A stretch of 64,000 nucleotides of DNA from Candidatus Poribacteria bacterium (GCA_965215265.1 OZ244048.1:1888001-1952000), one strand, 5' to 3'. Shown: positions 9,632-19,009, counted from the first letter of the stretch. The notes: generated from the letters alone by a model not told the origin. Program-made: numbers and translations.

Positions 9632-10366
9632 ATGCGTATTCTCTTTAGAATCACAATTGTCATTGTTGTGGCACTCCTTGGAGTGGCCATCTATACCACG
9701 CTTCGATCCCAAACGTTGATTCCAGCCGTCCCGCCATTGCAAGTTGAAAAATCCACACCGCTATTACAAGTTGAAAAATCCGCACCGTCTGAAAAATTGC
9801 CGACACCGTTAGACAGCGAACTCCCACGTGCGGAACAGCCCGCCGCAAGGTTCGAGGAGGTGTCAGACGAAGAACCGGTACCGGACACAACAGACCTCGC
9901 TCCCGATCCGGAAAACGCGGCATCGCCCCTCCCCGACTGGCGAACTGATGATGAAACGGCACAGCCCCAATCATCAGACCTGTGGCAGCAGGAAGACATG
10001 AGCATGAAATTTGTGGAGTGGGACGGATTGTCAGAAGACAAGCAGTTGAGTATTTTAGAGAAAGGGCTACTTCAGCAATACGGCGATACGCCGGCGGTCC
10101 GGAAGGTCATCGACTTTCAGAACAAACCGAAACATCTCCCTACACCAATTGATGATGCGATCGTCTTGGCCGAAGCGTTCCTTGAGTTGTGGCCAAGTGA
10201 AAAAGCGCGTCAAAATGTGATAGAGCTTAAAACGACTCAAAGCGGAGGGATTCGAAGGATTTCCGGGCGCACGACCGGCACCCTGAGAACATTGTCACGT
10301 ATTCGTTATCGGCGGGGTGCCCCTGGACGCGTTTCATCATTTTCCCTATCCTTGGAGATTCGGTAA
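9632..10366 (+). CDS. 'GDxPEV' family paralog 2 (likely frameshift near 10230; native end ~10287)
   Basis: TM anchor; DWRTD motif shared with paralog 1; LLQQYGDTPAV...LELWPSE. Confidence 0.7.
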   Translation: MRILFRITIVIVVALLGVAIYTTLRSQTLIPAVPPLQVEKSTPLLQVEKSAPSEKLPTPLDSELPRAEQPAARFEEVSDEEPVPDTTDLAPDPENAASPLPDWRTDDETAQPQSSDLWQQEDMSMKFVEWDGLSEDKQLSILEKGLLQQYGDTPAVRKVIDFQNKPKHLPTPIDDAIVLAEAFLELWPSEKARQNVIELKTTQSGGIRRISGRTTGTLRTLSRIRYRRGAPGRVSSFSLSLEIR

Positions 10367-10604
10367 ATCCAGACGTGTGCCATGCCGTTGAGGACGGACA
10401 ACTGCTTCCAATTCTCCGTTGAGTGTCCCTGTCTGTGGACACGTCCGATTTGTGAGTCTCGGATATAGATGACTTCATATTGTGCATGAAGTATTATAGG
10501 CAGACTGACTGGATAAGCGTGTCCATCAAAATAGTGTTTATTGATTTGTGCGAAGGATACCGTATCTGTCTTTGTGCGCCAAGAAAAAATGAGGATATTT
10601 TTTG

Positions 10605-10633
10605 TTGACGCTTTTTCAGAAAAGTGTTATACT
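10605..10633 (+). promoter_or_regulatory. Sigma70-type promoter of peptide module 3
   Basis: TTGACG-17bp-TATACT, with the same gtgtTATACT extended -10 as at 9121. Confidence 0.7.
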
Positions 10634-10668
10634 TGACGAGGGTTAATCAAAGATAAGACAAGAGGAGC

Positions 10669-10934
10669 ATGAGGGACCTCTATCTTATCATCAATTTACC
10701 GAAAACCCTTAAACAAACGCGCATCCGAAACGCCTTGACTACACCCATACAACATATTGGTGTCATGAGAAATCGGGAGAGCTCCCGCGCTTTGTAAAAG
10801 TTGGAATTCCTCGAGGTCGCGTGCGGTGTGGCCTTGGGACGAGTGACGGTAATCACAAACCTCACTCTATCGAGAAAAATCAACATTCTTATGACAATGA
10901 GAGTTACACTGTCTCGAATTGTAGTAAATGCTAA
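10669..10934 (+). pseudogene. Decayed His/Cys peptide gene (module 3), leader disrupted
   Basis: Frame 10716-10934 reads NAHPKRLDYTHTTYWCHEKSG...DGNHKPHS...TVSNCSKC*, matching peptide 2 (AHP...NHNGHS...VDDCDDC). RBS and ATG at 10669 are in another frame. Confidence 0.6.
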
Positions 10935-11006
10935 GCGTGTTTAATGTTACGTTGATGCAAGAGTGAAGAGACTCCTGCATCACTTGGCACTCAGAGGAGA
11001 ATTAAG

Positions 11007-11648
11007 ATGAGAAAATGGTTGATAGCATCTATAATCTTTGTCGCTTTTGCGGCTAGCGTTTTTATCTACACGCAGTGGGCGAACCGAAGATTTGCCGCCT
11101 CATTGCCAAAACTGCCACCTGTAGAACAACAATCTGTAGACACACATCCACACGATGCTTCACATCCGCATGAGGATCCCGTCCCTACAACACCCTCAAA
11201 CGCCAACGTGTTGGACACTCAAACGATTATCACAGAAAAATCAGTCTCCCCGGAAACGATTGCAGAGGAGAACGCGCAAGTGGCGACTGAGGAAGAAACC
11301 TTTTCTGTGGAAGAAAGCCCCCCGGCGCGGCTAACCGGTGATGAGCACGAGCATAAACCCACTAAGGACCCGTTTGCAAAGGAAATAAAACGGATTGATG
11401 ATATGGATGCAGATGAGTACAGAGAGATGATACTTGGCGGGCTACTTGAAAAATTCGGCGACATCCCCGAGGTTCACACATTTATGGAGTTTACCGTAAA
11501 AATAAGAAAGAAAGAGGAACTCAGCTTGGATGAACGCATTGAATTTACGAGCGCCCAGTACTATTTGTGGCCACACCCTGAAACCAAGAAAACGCTTGAG
11601 ATTTTCTTGAAGGAAAGAACCTCTGAAAACGTAAGGAGAACACAATGA
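11007..11648 (+). CDS. 'GDxPEV' family paralog 3
   Basis: TM + NRRFAASLPKLP; THPHDASHPH; LLEKFGDIPEV...AQYYLWPHPETKKTL. Confidence 0.78.
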   Translation: MRKWLIASIIFVAFAASVFIYTQWANRRFAASLPKLPPVEQQSVDTHPHDASHPHEDPVPTTPSNANVLDTQTIITEKSVSPETIAEENAQVATEEETFSVEESPPARLTGDEHEHKPTKDPFAKEIKRIDDMDADEYREMILGGLLEKFGDIPEVHTFMEFTVKIRKKEELSLDERIEFTSAQYYLWPHPETKKTLEIFLKERTSENVRRTQ

Positions 11649-12145
11649 AATTTTTCAAGACGTTACTCGTTTTTTTTCTCTTTGTCACCGTGCTCTCGGG
11701 TTGCAGTGTGAGGCAGGGCAATGAACCTGACAAAAATGAACCGCTTCCAAACACAGCTGATGTCCGTGATAAACAAGCGGCTCCTAAAGCAGATTTTATC
11801 CCCGGGTTCCATCCGTTTAAGGATGACCCAGACAATCTGAGTCCGCACAATCCATTCGTCCGGAAGTTCGGGGATATCCCAGAAGTCCGCACCTATATCC
11901 GACTCAAGCGGAAACTGGGACTCGGACACGGACTGAACATTGATGAGGCAATAGAACTCTATACCGCAGAATACCACCTCTATCCCTCAGATACCACAAA
12001 AGCAAACTTAAAAAAGTGGAAAAAGGAAAAAGAACGATACATCAAACTGGGGATCGATATAGGTGGACCTGTACTCACTGACAGCAGATATCCGATCGTA
12101 GATGCGAGTGCTGAAGAGCAGGCAGACACGAAATCGGAGGATTAA
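11645..12145 (+). CDS. 'GDxPEV' family paralog 4, lipoprotein form
   Basis: LSGC lipobox; RKFGDIPEV...AEYHLYPSDTTKANL; ATGA overlap with the previous gene. Confidence 0.75.
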   Translation: MKFFKTLLVFFLFVTVLSGCSVRQGNEPDKNEPLPNTADVRDKQAAPKADFIPGFHPFKDDPDNLSPHNPFVRKFGDIPEVRTYIRLKRKLGLGHGLNIDEAIELYTAEYHLYPSDTTKANLKKWKKEKERYIKLGIDIGGPVLTDSRYPIVDASAEEQADTKSED

Positions 12146-12400
12146 TCTCCTTGAAAAGAAGGCATACGTCAAGTCTGAACTTTACCCATTGGGTCGTGCC
12201 ACGTTTCTTACCCATGGTAGCAATACTTTTGGAACACCGGGCGAGAAAAACGGGGATCAGGAAACATTCTGGAACAATGGCTAGCATTTAGAGGAAAAAA
12301 AGTTGGATGTGTCCGGAAAAAAAAGACTTGGAGAACGGGCAGCATCGCCGCCCGCTTATTAGGTTATCTCAAACCGTATTGGGGGTTAGCCCTGCTGTGT

Positions 12401-14080
12401 GTGTTCCTCTATGTCGGTTTCCGGGCCACCTACTTCGTCAACCCCTGGGTGGAAGGGCAACTTCTTGACCGCGTCTTTGGTGAAAAAGATGCCGACTTTC
12501 TACTCGTCCTGGTGGTTTTCTGGATGGGTATTGCGCTTGCCACTTATCTCCTAAATCTGGGTTTGTCGTCTTTTGTATCCAAGGTCACCGGTCAAACTCG
12601 CCGGGATATGCAACTGCAAGTCTACCAACATCTGCGCTTTTTGCCCAGCCGTTTTTACGACGACCACACAACGGGACAGATTATGGCTTACGTCAATTCC
12701 GATACAACGTCCGCTGCGGAAGGGATTTTGGCAAGCGGATGGATTCTCCTCGCAGGGGTTGAATTTGCCATGACTCTATTTGTTATGTTCTGGGTGAATC
12801 CCTGGTTGGGCCTTTTTAGTATTCCTTTTGCCTTTGCTGTGGTTTGCCTTCCGGTTCTTTTGCGAAGGCCTGTGCAAAACGCGTCAAAGCAGGTCTTGCA
12901 GGAAAGAGAAAAGATTTCATCACGGCTCCAAGAAGGAATCGCCGGGTCACGAGAGATTAAATCTCTCGGGCATGAGATGCGAGACATGGGGTTTATCCGC
13001 CGTTCAATAGATACCCTTGTCCGGGCAGAAGTCTATCAAACGATTATTGGGTGCCTAACAGGAGTTAGTATCTTTTCTTCTTGGTTTGGCAATGCCCTTT
13101 TCTTCCTCATCGGTGGGAAAATGGTGCTCGACGGGCACATCAGCGTCGGTTTTCTGTGGATGGCAAACCGGTATTTGAATCTGCTCACCTACCCCTTACA
13201 TCAAGTCCAAAATGAATATCAAAAACTCCTCCGAACCGGAGAAGCAGCAAAACGTGTGTTTGCTTTCCTCGACGAAAACCGAACCGAACCGAAAGATGGA
13301 CTTGTTTCTGTCACTTTACAAGGAAAGGTCCGGTTTGAAAACGTCTACTTCACCTACAATGAAAACGCGGAAGTCCTCCAGGACGTTAATTTTGAGGTGG
13401 TGCCAGGGCAACTGGTGGCACTCGTAGGTCCCAGCGGTGCAGGGAAAAGCACCCTCCTTAACCTCATTCCACGTTTCTACCAACCCACCCGAGGACAGAT
13501 TTATGTTGATGAGCACGATATCACGACACTCAACCTGAGTACCCTCCGCGCTCAGATTGGCACAGTGTTTCAAGACCCTTATCTCTTCTCTGGTTCGATT
13601 GAGGAAAATATCCGAATGGGGGCTCGGCATCCAGAGGCTGTGAAAACGGCGGACATTGTTGCTGCTGCCACGGCTGCAAACGCCCATGGATTTATCACGC
13701 AATTCAAAGACGGATACGCGACAGAGATAGGGGAGCGAGGCATCAAACTCTCCGGTGGCGAGCGGCAACGGATTGCTATTGCTCGTGTGCTGATGCGGGA
13801 TCCGAACATTCTCCTGCTAGATGAAGCCACTTCTGCGCTGGACTCAGAGACAGAGCAGGTTGTGACGGAGGCGTTGGAGCGGTTGATGCGAGGACGGACA
13901 TCGTTTGTTATCGCACATCGGTTGTCTACCGTGCTGAATGCGGATGTGATTCTGGCCGTGGAAGACGGCAACATTGTGGAACAAGGCACGCATCAGGAGC
14001 TGCTGAATCAAGGTGGACTCTATGCCCGGTTGTATCACTTACAATTTGCGGCACCTGCTGGCTACTCAAAAGAGCAATAA
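12401..14080 (+). CDS. ABC exporter, fused TMD+NBD (MsbA/peptide exporter type)
   Basis: GPSGAGKS, LSGGERQR, LLLDEATSALD, IAHRLST. The frame is open upstream (RLLGYLKPYW), so the true start is probably ~12303 across an A8 run. Confidence 0.92.
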   Translation: MFLYVGFRATYFVNPWVEGQLLDRVFGEKDADFLLVLVVFWMGIALATYLLNLGLSSFVSKVTGQTRRDMQLQVYQHLRFLPSRFYDDHTTGQIMAYVNSDTTSAAEGILASGWILLAGVEFAMTLFVMFWVNPWLGLFSIPFAFAVVCLPVLLRRPVQNASKQVLQEREKISSRLQEGIAGSREIKSLGHEMRDMGFIRRSIDTLVRAEVYQTIIGCLTGVSIFSSWFGNALFFLIGGKMVLDGHISVGFLWMANRYLNLLTYPLHQVQNEYQKLLRTGEAAKRVFAFLDENRTEPKDGLVSVTLQGKVRFENVYFTYNENAEVLQDVNFEVVPGQLVALVGPSGAGKSTLLNLIPRFYQPTRGQIYVDEHDITTLNLSTLRAQIGTVFQDPYLFSGSIEENIRMGARHPEAVKTADIVAAATAANAHGFITQFKDGYATEIGERGIKLSGGERQRIAIARVLMRDPNILLLDEATSALDSETEQVVTEALERLMRGRTSFVIAHRLSTVLNADVILAVEDGNIVEQGTHQELLNQGGLYARLYHLQFAAPAGYSKEQ

Positions 14081-14116
14081 CCGATTCATCGTTGTAAAGT
14101 CCTTCGGTGTCGAGTT

Positions 14117-14370
14117 ATGAAATACTCAAAATCTCTTCAACTTTCAATCCCCGAACATGTGCGTTCGGTCCGTTTTGATGAAAAAGATGGACTTCCTTCG
14201 TCAGTAACCGTTTTAAATTACGAAACCGGAGAATTTTACGCTTTAGATAAAGTTGGTTTTGATTTTTGGTGTCTTGTTGAAAAAAAAAGCGTCTAGAAGA
14301 AATTGTCACTGCGTTAATCTCAACATACGACATTAGCGCAGACCAACTCTGGATAGATAATGATGGATAA
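14117..14370 (+). pseudogene. PqqD/RiPP recognition element (RRE)-like protein, frameshifted at an A9 run (14280-14288)
   Basis: MKYSKS...VTVLNYETGEFYALDKVGFDFWCLVEKK / RLEEIVTALISTYDISADQLWID matches the PqqD-family pattern (LN..TG.YY.L..VG..IW.L...EIV..L...YDV....L..D). Confidence 0.65.
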
Positions 14371-14403
14371 AAAATTGAATCTTAAAGGCGTTGGAGACAC
14401 GAT

Positions 14404-14967
14404 ATGCGTTTTGATTGAAGGGGTATTCATTGGGCTCTCTGCAATCCGTGCAAACAAGATGCGCTCTTTGCTCACTCTGCTCGGGGTCATCATCGGTGTC
14501 GCCTCGGTGCTTTTGAGATGCGTTTAGCCATGGCGCAGTTGGAAAAAATCAGTCAAGTCATAAAGATTACACTCGGCAGCATTGCGGGCTTTTCGCTGCT
14601 TGTCGGCGGCATCGGCATTATGAATATGATGTTAGTCGCCGTGAGTGAAAGAACGCGCGAAATCGGACTCCGGAAAGCCCTCGGTGCAAAGCGCCTAGAC
14701 ATTCTGGTGCAGTTTCTCCTGGAAGCCGTTGTGATGTGTGGCGTAGGTGGCACGATTGGCGTTGCGGTGGGCATCCTTGCCGGCCAAGGCATGGCACGGC
14801 TTGCTGTCAAAATCGTCAAAATCGTCCCTGAATGGCCGGCAGTCCTCTCGACAGAATGGATGTTGATATCGGTCTCCTTTTCAGCACTCATCGGTATCGG
14901 CTTTGGGTTGTATCCTGCGATAAAAGCATCATCGCTCTCGCCGATGGATGCCTTACGCACAGATTAA
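14404..14967 (+). pseudogene. MacB/FtsX-type ABC permease with large internal deletion
   Basis: N-terminus IRANKMRSLLTLLGVIIGVASV is joined directly to C-terminus SLLVGGIGIMNMMLVAVSERTREIGLRKALGA...YPAIKAS; the periplasmic domain is missing. Confidence 0.8.
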
Positions 14968-15026
14968 CTCCTGATGATTTACCACCCCATGATACGACGA
15001 AAACACAAAATGATGAACGTGACGCT

Positions 15027-15643
15027 GGCGTGAAAACATCGTGCACCCTGAGAAGTTACCGGGGTGGTTATATAAAACCGCCCAGAATGCCGCGATTAAT
15101 AGACGAAAAGCTGCTCAGAGCAGAGCAGACCACCTGCCAGAAGGTGCCCGGTTCGTCTCTTTAGATGCACTGCCACATGCCGAGCAAGCGATAGGGTCAG
15201 CGTCTATTGACGCAGCGAGGCAGATGGTACAAAAGCAGGAAAGGCGCGAGCGATTGGCTCGACTCCTGCGCCTCCTTTCCGGTAGGGACCAGTCAATGAT
15301 GGACCTCTTTTTAGATGGGTTCAAGCCTATAGAGATAGCGGAAGCGTTAGGCTTAACGCCGGGTGCGACGCGAAAAAGACTGAAACCGGCGGAGGCGTGG
15401 TTAAGAAGCATCGCCCCGCAGTTGGAGGAGTTGCTCCGTTCTCTGCCTGCGGCAGAATTCAAAATAATGGAGCGGTATTTAGATGGGCAATCTCCGGCGG
15501 AGATTGCCAAACATGTAGCTTTTTCCGCTCAAGCGGTGAGTGATAAAGTGGCGCGTGTGATAAAACAGTGGAGAACATCCACGAGAGAACCCGCCACGGT
15601 TTCATTCTCCACAAAGGTTCGTCGCAGAATTAACAGGGGATAG
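15027..15643 (+). pseudogene. 5'-truncated second copy of the ECF-like sigma factor (no internal stop)
   Basis: Near-identical to 6978-7594; lacks the first ~57 codons. Confidence 0.8.
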
Positions 15644-15885
15644 AGATGTTAATGTATAGTGACTGCAAAACAGTATACGAAACTTGTTGTTTTTTTCATT
15701 GAATTTAAGGTAGGTAATGTGATAAGATAATTCACGTCTCCTGCAAGTAGTTTTTAGAACAACCTTAGCTAGGACAAGCAAAGCCAAGGCATGGACTTTG
15801 TCTATGCCTCTGCTTACACCTTCGATCCTTACCACCAATCTAGCCCCGCACGGCGGTGTGCCACACTAACAGAGAGGATAAACAA

Positions 15886-16395
15886 ATGCGCCTTTTTTAC
15901 CTGATTTGTATCGGCATTGTCCTTCTTAGCGGTATTGGAAGTCTATACTTGTATCTGGATACGAAACGGTTTTCTGAAAATCTTCAAAAAACCCCACACC
16001 GGTTAAAAGCGTTGACAGGCGCTCCTACAACGCTTCAGGAAAAAATTGAGCGTGCGGAAGCGAGCAACAAGTTGTTTCCGAATCCAACAACGCAAAGAAC
16101 TCTTACCCAACTCTATGCCGCTCGCTCTTACGAGATTGATAAAATCATGCCGTTTGTAGATACCCCGAAAGATGAACGTTTCGCAGATGTCATTCCGTTC
16201 TTTGAGGGAAAACGTCCGGAGGAAGGGTTCCGGGCCCTGAGAGCGGTCAGCCCGAATCGCGCTGCGGAGCTTGAACAGTTTCTGCTGCAGGAAAGCGAAA
16301 AAAAATCCTTCGTCCTAGTAGAGTTTGTCTCATTAAAGGTGAAAGACGATTGCCGGTCCGGTCCTTTTTCGTCACAGAATCTGAATGTTGTTTAG
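15886..16395 (+). CDS. 'GDxPEV' family paralog 5 (internally shortened)
   Basis: GSLYLYLDTKRF N-terminus as in paralog 6; retains AEASNKLFPNPTTQ but lacks GDxPEV. Confidence 0.65.
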   Translation: MRLFYLICIGIVLLSGIGSLYLYLDTKRFSENLQKTPHRLKALTGAPTTLQEKIERAEASNKLFPNPTTQRTLTQLYAARSYEIDKIMPFVDTPKDERFADVIPFFEGKRPEEGFRALRAVSPNRAAELEQFLLQESEKKSFVLVEFVSLKVKDDCRSGPFSSQNLNVV

Positions 16396-16469
16396 ATATC
16401 CAACAAATTTAGCGTGAGGTGTACTCTCTTGCTGTGCACCTCACGTGCCGCCAGATAAAGGAGATAAAA

Positions 16470-17279
16470 ATGCGTTACTTGACACTCATTGTTGTTAGTT
16501 TTATTGTCTTAATAGCGGCTGGAAGTATCTACCTCTATATAGATACAAAACGGTTTATTGAGAATTCCGTGCAACCTCCAAGACAAGACACTACACCCCC
16601 TGAGGGCTCGCCTTCTCTTCAAAATCAACTTTCGGAGCACACCGTCCCCCCATTGGATACACCGTCAACTCCCCCAACGCAGAGGAAAAACGGGACTGAG
16701 CCAGTCGAATGGTGGGACGATGGGGCAGATGCAGAGCAGACTCACGCCCATGGAGATGCATCGAAACAGAATCAGACCTCTGACATCAAAGAGGAAGAAA
16801 GTGTTAATTGGCTGGACCTTACAACCCCGTATGAGCGAGCAGACGCTTTACGCGCCTCACTCCTCAGACAGTTTGGAGATGTCCCCGAGGTGGATGCTGT
16901 TGTAGAAGGATTTTTAAATGTATGGACGCAGACATCGATGGACACAGCTGAACGTCTCCGGTTCAATAGAGCCCTAAACACCTTCTGGCCAGCCGAAAGT
17001 ACACAAAAAGTGATTGAATATCTCGAAACAGGAAAACTCCCCACTCACACTCAACCGAGTGGGCCATTCCTGAATCTTCGACATCAATTCCCTGACTTCG
17101 AACCATTCGTGGCGGAGTATGGATTTGAAGCAGGGGTTCTCAGGTTTGCGGAGCAGAATCCAGAGAGAGCCCTTGAATTTAAACGGGCCCTCTGGCAAAC
17201 GCATGAAGTTCAAAGCCGGCTTGAAGAAATGTCTGAGGAGGCCAGAAGGTTTTTCAAGGAAATCACATCACAAGAGTAA
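16470..17279 (+). CDS. 'GDxPEV' family paralog 6
   Basis: AAGGAG RBS; GSIYLYIDTKRF; LLRQFGDVPEV...ALNTFWPAESTQ. Confidence 0.78.
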   Translation: MRYLTLIVVSFIVLIAAGSIYLYIDTKRFIENSVQPPRQDTTPPEGSPSLQNQLSEHTVPPLDTPSTPPTQRKNGTEPVEWWDDGADAEQTHAHGDASKQNQTSDIKEEESVNWLDLTTPYERADALRASLLRQFGDVPEVDAVVEGFLNVWTQTSMDTAERLRFNRALNTFWPAESTQKVIEYLETGKLPTHTQPSGPFLNLRHQFPDFEPFVAEYGFEAGVLRFAEQNPERALEFKRALWQTHEVQSRLEEMSEEARRFFKEITSQE

Positions 17280-17298
17280 ACAATGAGACAACATTTCA

Positions 17299-17409
17299 CT
17301 CCGTCTCTGCCTGAGGCAGAATTCAAGATAATGGAGTGGTATTTGGATGGACAATCTCCTGATGAGATTGCCAAACATGTTGCTCTTTCCCCTCAACGGG
17401 TGTGATAAG
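17299..17409 (+). pseudogene. Third, diverged fragment of the sigma factor (second HTH only)
   Basis: tctctgcctgaggcagaattcaagataatggagtggtatttggatggacaatctcc... aligns with 7391-7497. Confidence 0.75.
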
Positions 17410-17412
17410 CAA

Positions 17413-17451
17413 GTTGCGAGATAGGTTATCTTTTTCTCGCAACCCACTAGG
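17413..17451 (+). repeat. R1 hairpin element, internally deleted copy
   Basis: gttgcgag-ataggt...ttt-ctcgcaac-ccactagg. Confidence 0.6.
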
Positions 17452-17630
17452 TGGAGAAAAATAGATATGCTGGTTCTGAATGTTCAAGCGTAATATGGTT
17501 GTATACAGTCTGGTCCTATGAGGAAACACGAACTTACACAGATGGCGAGGGACACTGCGGGGCCGTGCATGTGATCGTTGCAGCTACCCCATGTGGCCTC
17601 TGCGACTCTTGTGAAGGATCTTCTTCTTAG
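17451..17630 (+). pseudogene. Cys-rich peptide remnant (module 4), signal peptide missing
   Basis: VEKNRYAGSECSSV...GHCGAVHV...PCGLCDSCEGSSS*; same C-x-x-C...SSS terminus. Confidence 0.55.
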
Positions 17631-17755
17631 TCCCTAGCGCGAGCAGGGTGGGGATCCGCGGGAGATTGAGGAACTTGTTTTGAAAGCAATTCGTGATGAT
17701 GATAAAGAGGAGGAGAAGGAGTCCGTTGAGGAGGAAGGTGATATTTAGAGTCAAT

Positions 17756-17828
17756 ACATCGAACGGCTCAGACGAGATTTACACACGAGTTATCATTACA
17801 TAGGCGTTGATGGTACGGAGATATACGA
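17756..17828 (+). repeat. R2 dispersed ~70 bp repeat
   Basis: acatcgaacggctcagacgagatttacacacgag...gatatac; also at ~26411, ~27939 and ~36129. Confidence 0.8.
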
Positions 17829-18031
17829 ATATTTGACGAAAAATGCTATTTTTGATTCATAACCTAGCACTGCTTTGGCGAGATTTGTAAAGATTTTAGA
17901 AAAACATAGAGCGTTGATGTGCTACAGTATACAAAAAGGCGTTTTTCCTCATGAAACTTGACTGCGTTCCTGAGACACACTGCAATTGTCCGATGGATGT
18001 CTCAGGGATGCATAAACAAAGGAAAATTCTA

Positions 18032-18694
18032 ATGAAAAAAGTGATTTTCACTGCGATACTCTCACTCGTTTTGGGCACGGCTTGGATGCTCTACTTGGAG
18101 TCTGATAATAGGCGGTTTATAGAGCAGCTTCCGAAACTACCTGCCAATGTTACACGACCCGTTGACACCGCCGATGCCCCTGTAACGCCAGAAAGCGGCG
18201 AAACCATTACCACAGCCACCTCTCCCTTAGAACCCGCGTCTGACACCCAAGTTGCGGACAGGTTCACAGAGCGAGTCCCTGTCCAGCCGGAGACATACAC
18301 GGACGGAACCTCACAAACAGAGACGACAGATTTTCTGTCTGAAGAGAACATGTCTGAAACAGTTTTTGAAGATGTTGCTGAGCGTTCCACGCGTCTTTCA
18401 GCGAAAGAGTTTCTTATGAAAGAGTTGGGACTCTCTGAGGCAGAAATAGATGCCAAGAAAGAAGCGTATAAGGATCTAAACAGACTGTTTTGGGCGAAAC
18501 CCGAAAATTGGGCAAGCGGCCGGCCGGGTGAGGTAGGTTTTCGATTCGAAGTCTGGACGAAAGAAGATCATGAAGTGATTCGGCGAGCACTTGGTTCTCC
18601 GCCCTTGCCCCCTGCACTGCCCGAGCAAACGCCAGCTGTGAAGATGCGTGAACCCCAGTTACCTGCACACGAAGTTTTCCCTGAAGACGATTGA
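18032..18694 (+). CDS. Membrane-anchored paralog 7 (family N-terminus, different C-terminal domain)
   Basis: WMLYLESDNRRFIEQLPKLP matches paralogs 1 and 3; no GDxPEV. Confidence 0.65.
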   Translation: MKKVIFTAILSLVLGTAWMLYLESDNRRFIEQLPKLPANVTRPVDTADAPVTPESGETITTATSPLEPASDTQVADRFTERVPVQPETYTDGTSQTETTDFLSEENMSETVFEDVAERSTRLSAKEFLMKELGLSEAEIDAKKEAYKDLNRLFWAKPENWASGRPGEVGFRFEVWTKEDHEVIRRALGSPPLPPALPEQTPAVKMREPQLPAHEVFPEDD

Positions 18695-19009
18695 TGACGG
18701 TATTCAAGAGCTTGCTGCGGTGTGATGTCAGTCATGCCGCGGAGATTCTCGTCGTTTTAGGTTCATTTCTGCTTGTGTGTGTGCCACGCGTAATCTCTTT
18801 AGATGCACATGGGTCTAGTGGTGAAGCAAAGTGGTTACTCCGGAGCGCGCAGTTCATGTCTACTGTCAAGCAGGTGAGTTCTCTGAAACCCTCATCATAC
18901 ATCACCCTGGTGTGACGACGATGTGGCTTGCGTTAGAAGAAAACCCTTTGAAAAGGGTTTTCTTTCTAACGCACCTTTTTTATGGAGCCGTGCCTGAATG
19001 TTGAGAACC

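Noticed and set aside
6978-15707. Diversity-generating retroelement TR/VR pair, or IS-bounded composite transposon
   Set aside because: There is no reverse transcriptase or transposase, mismatches are not adenine-specific, and the repeat encodes a sigma factor.
18691-18915. 74-aa ORF as another peptide precursor
   Set aside because: It lacks the His/Cys pattern and the C-terminal signature of the family; probably spurious or a fragment.
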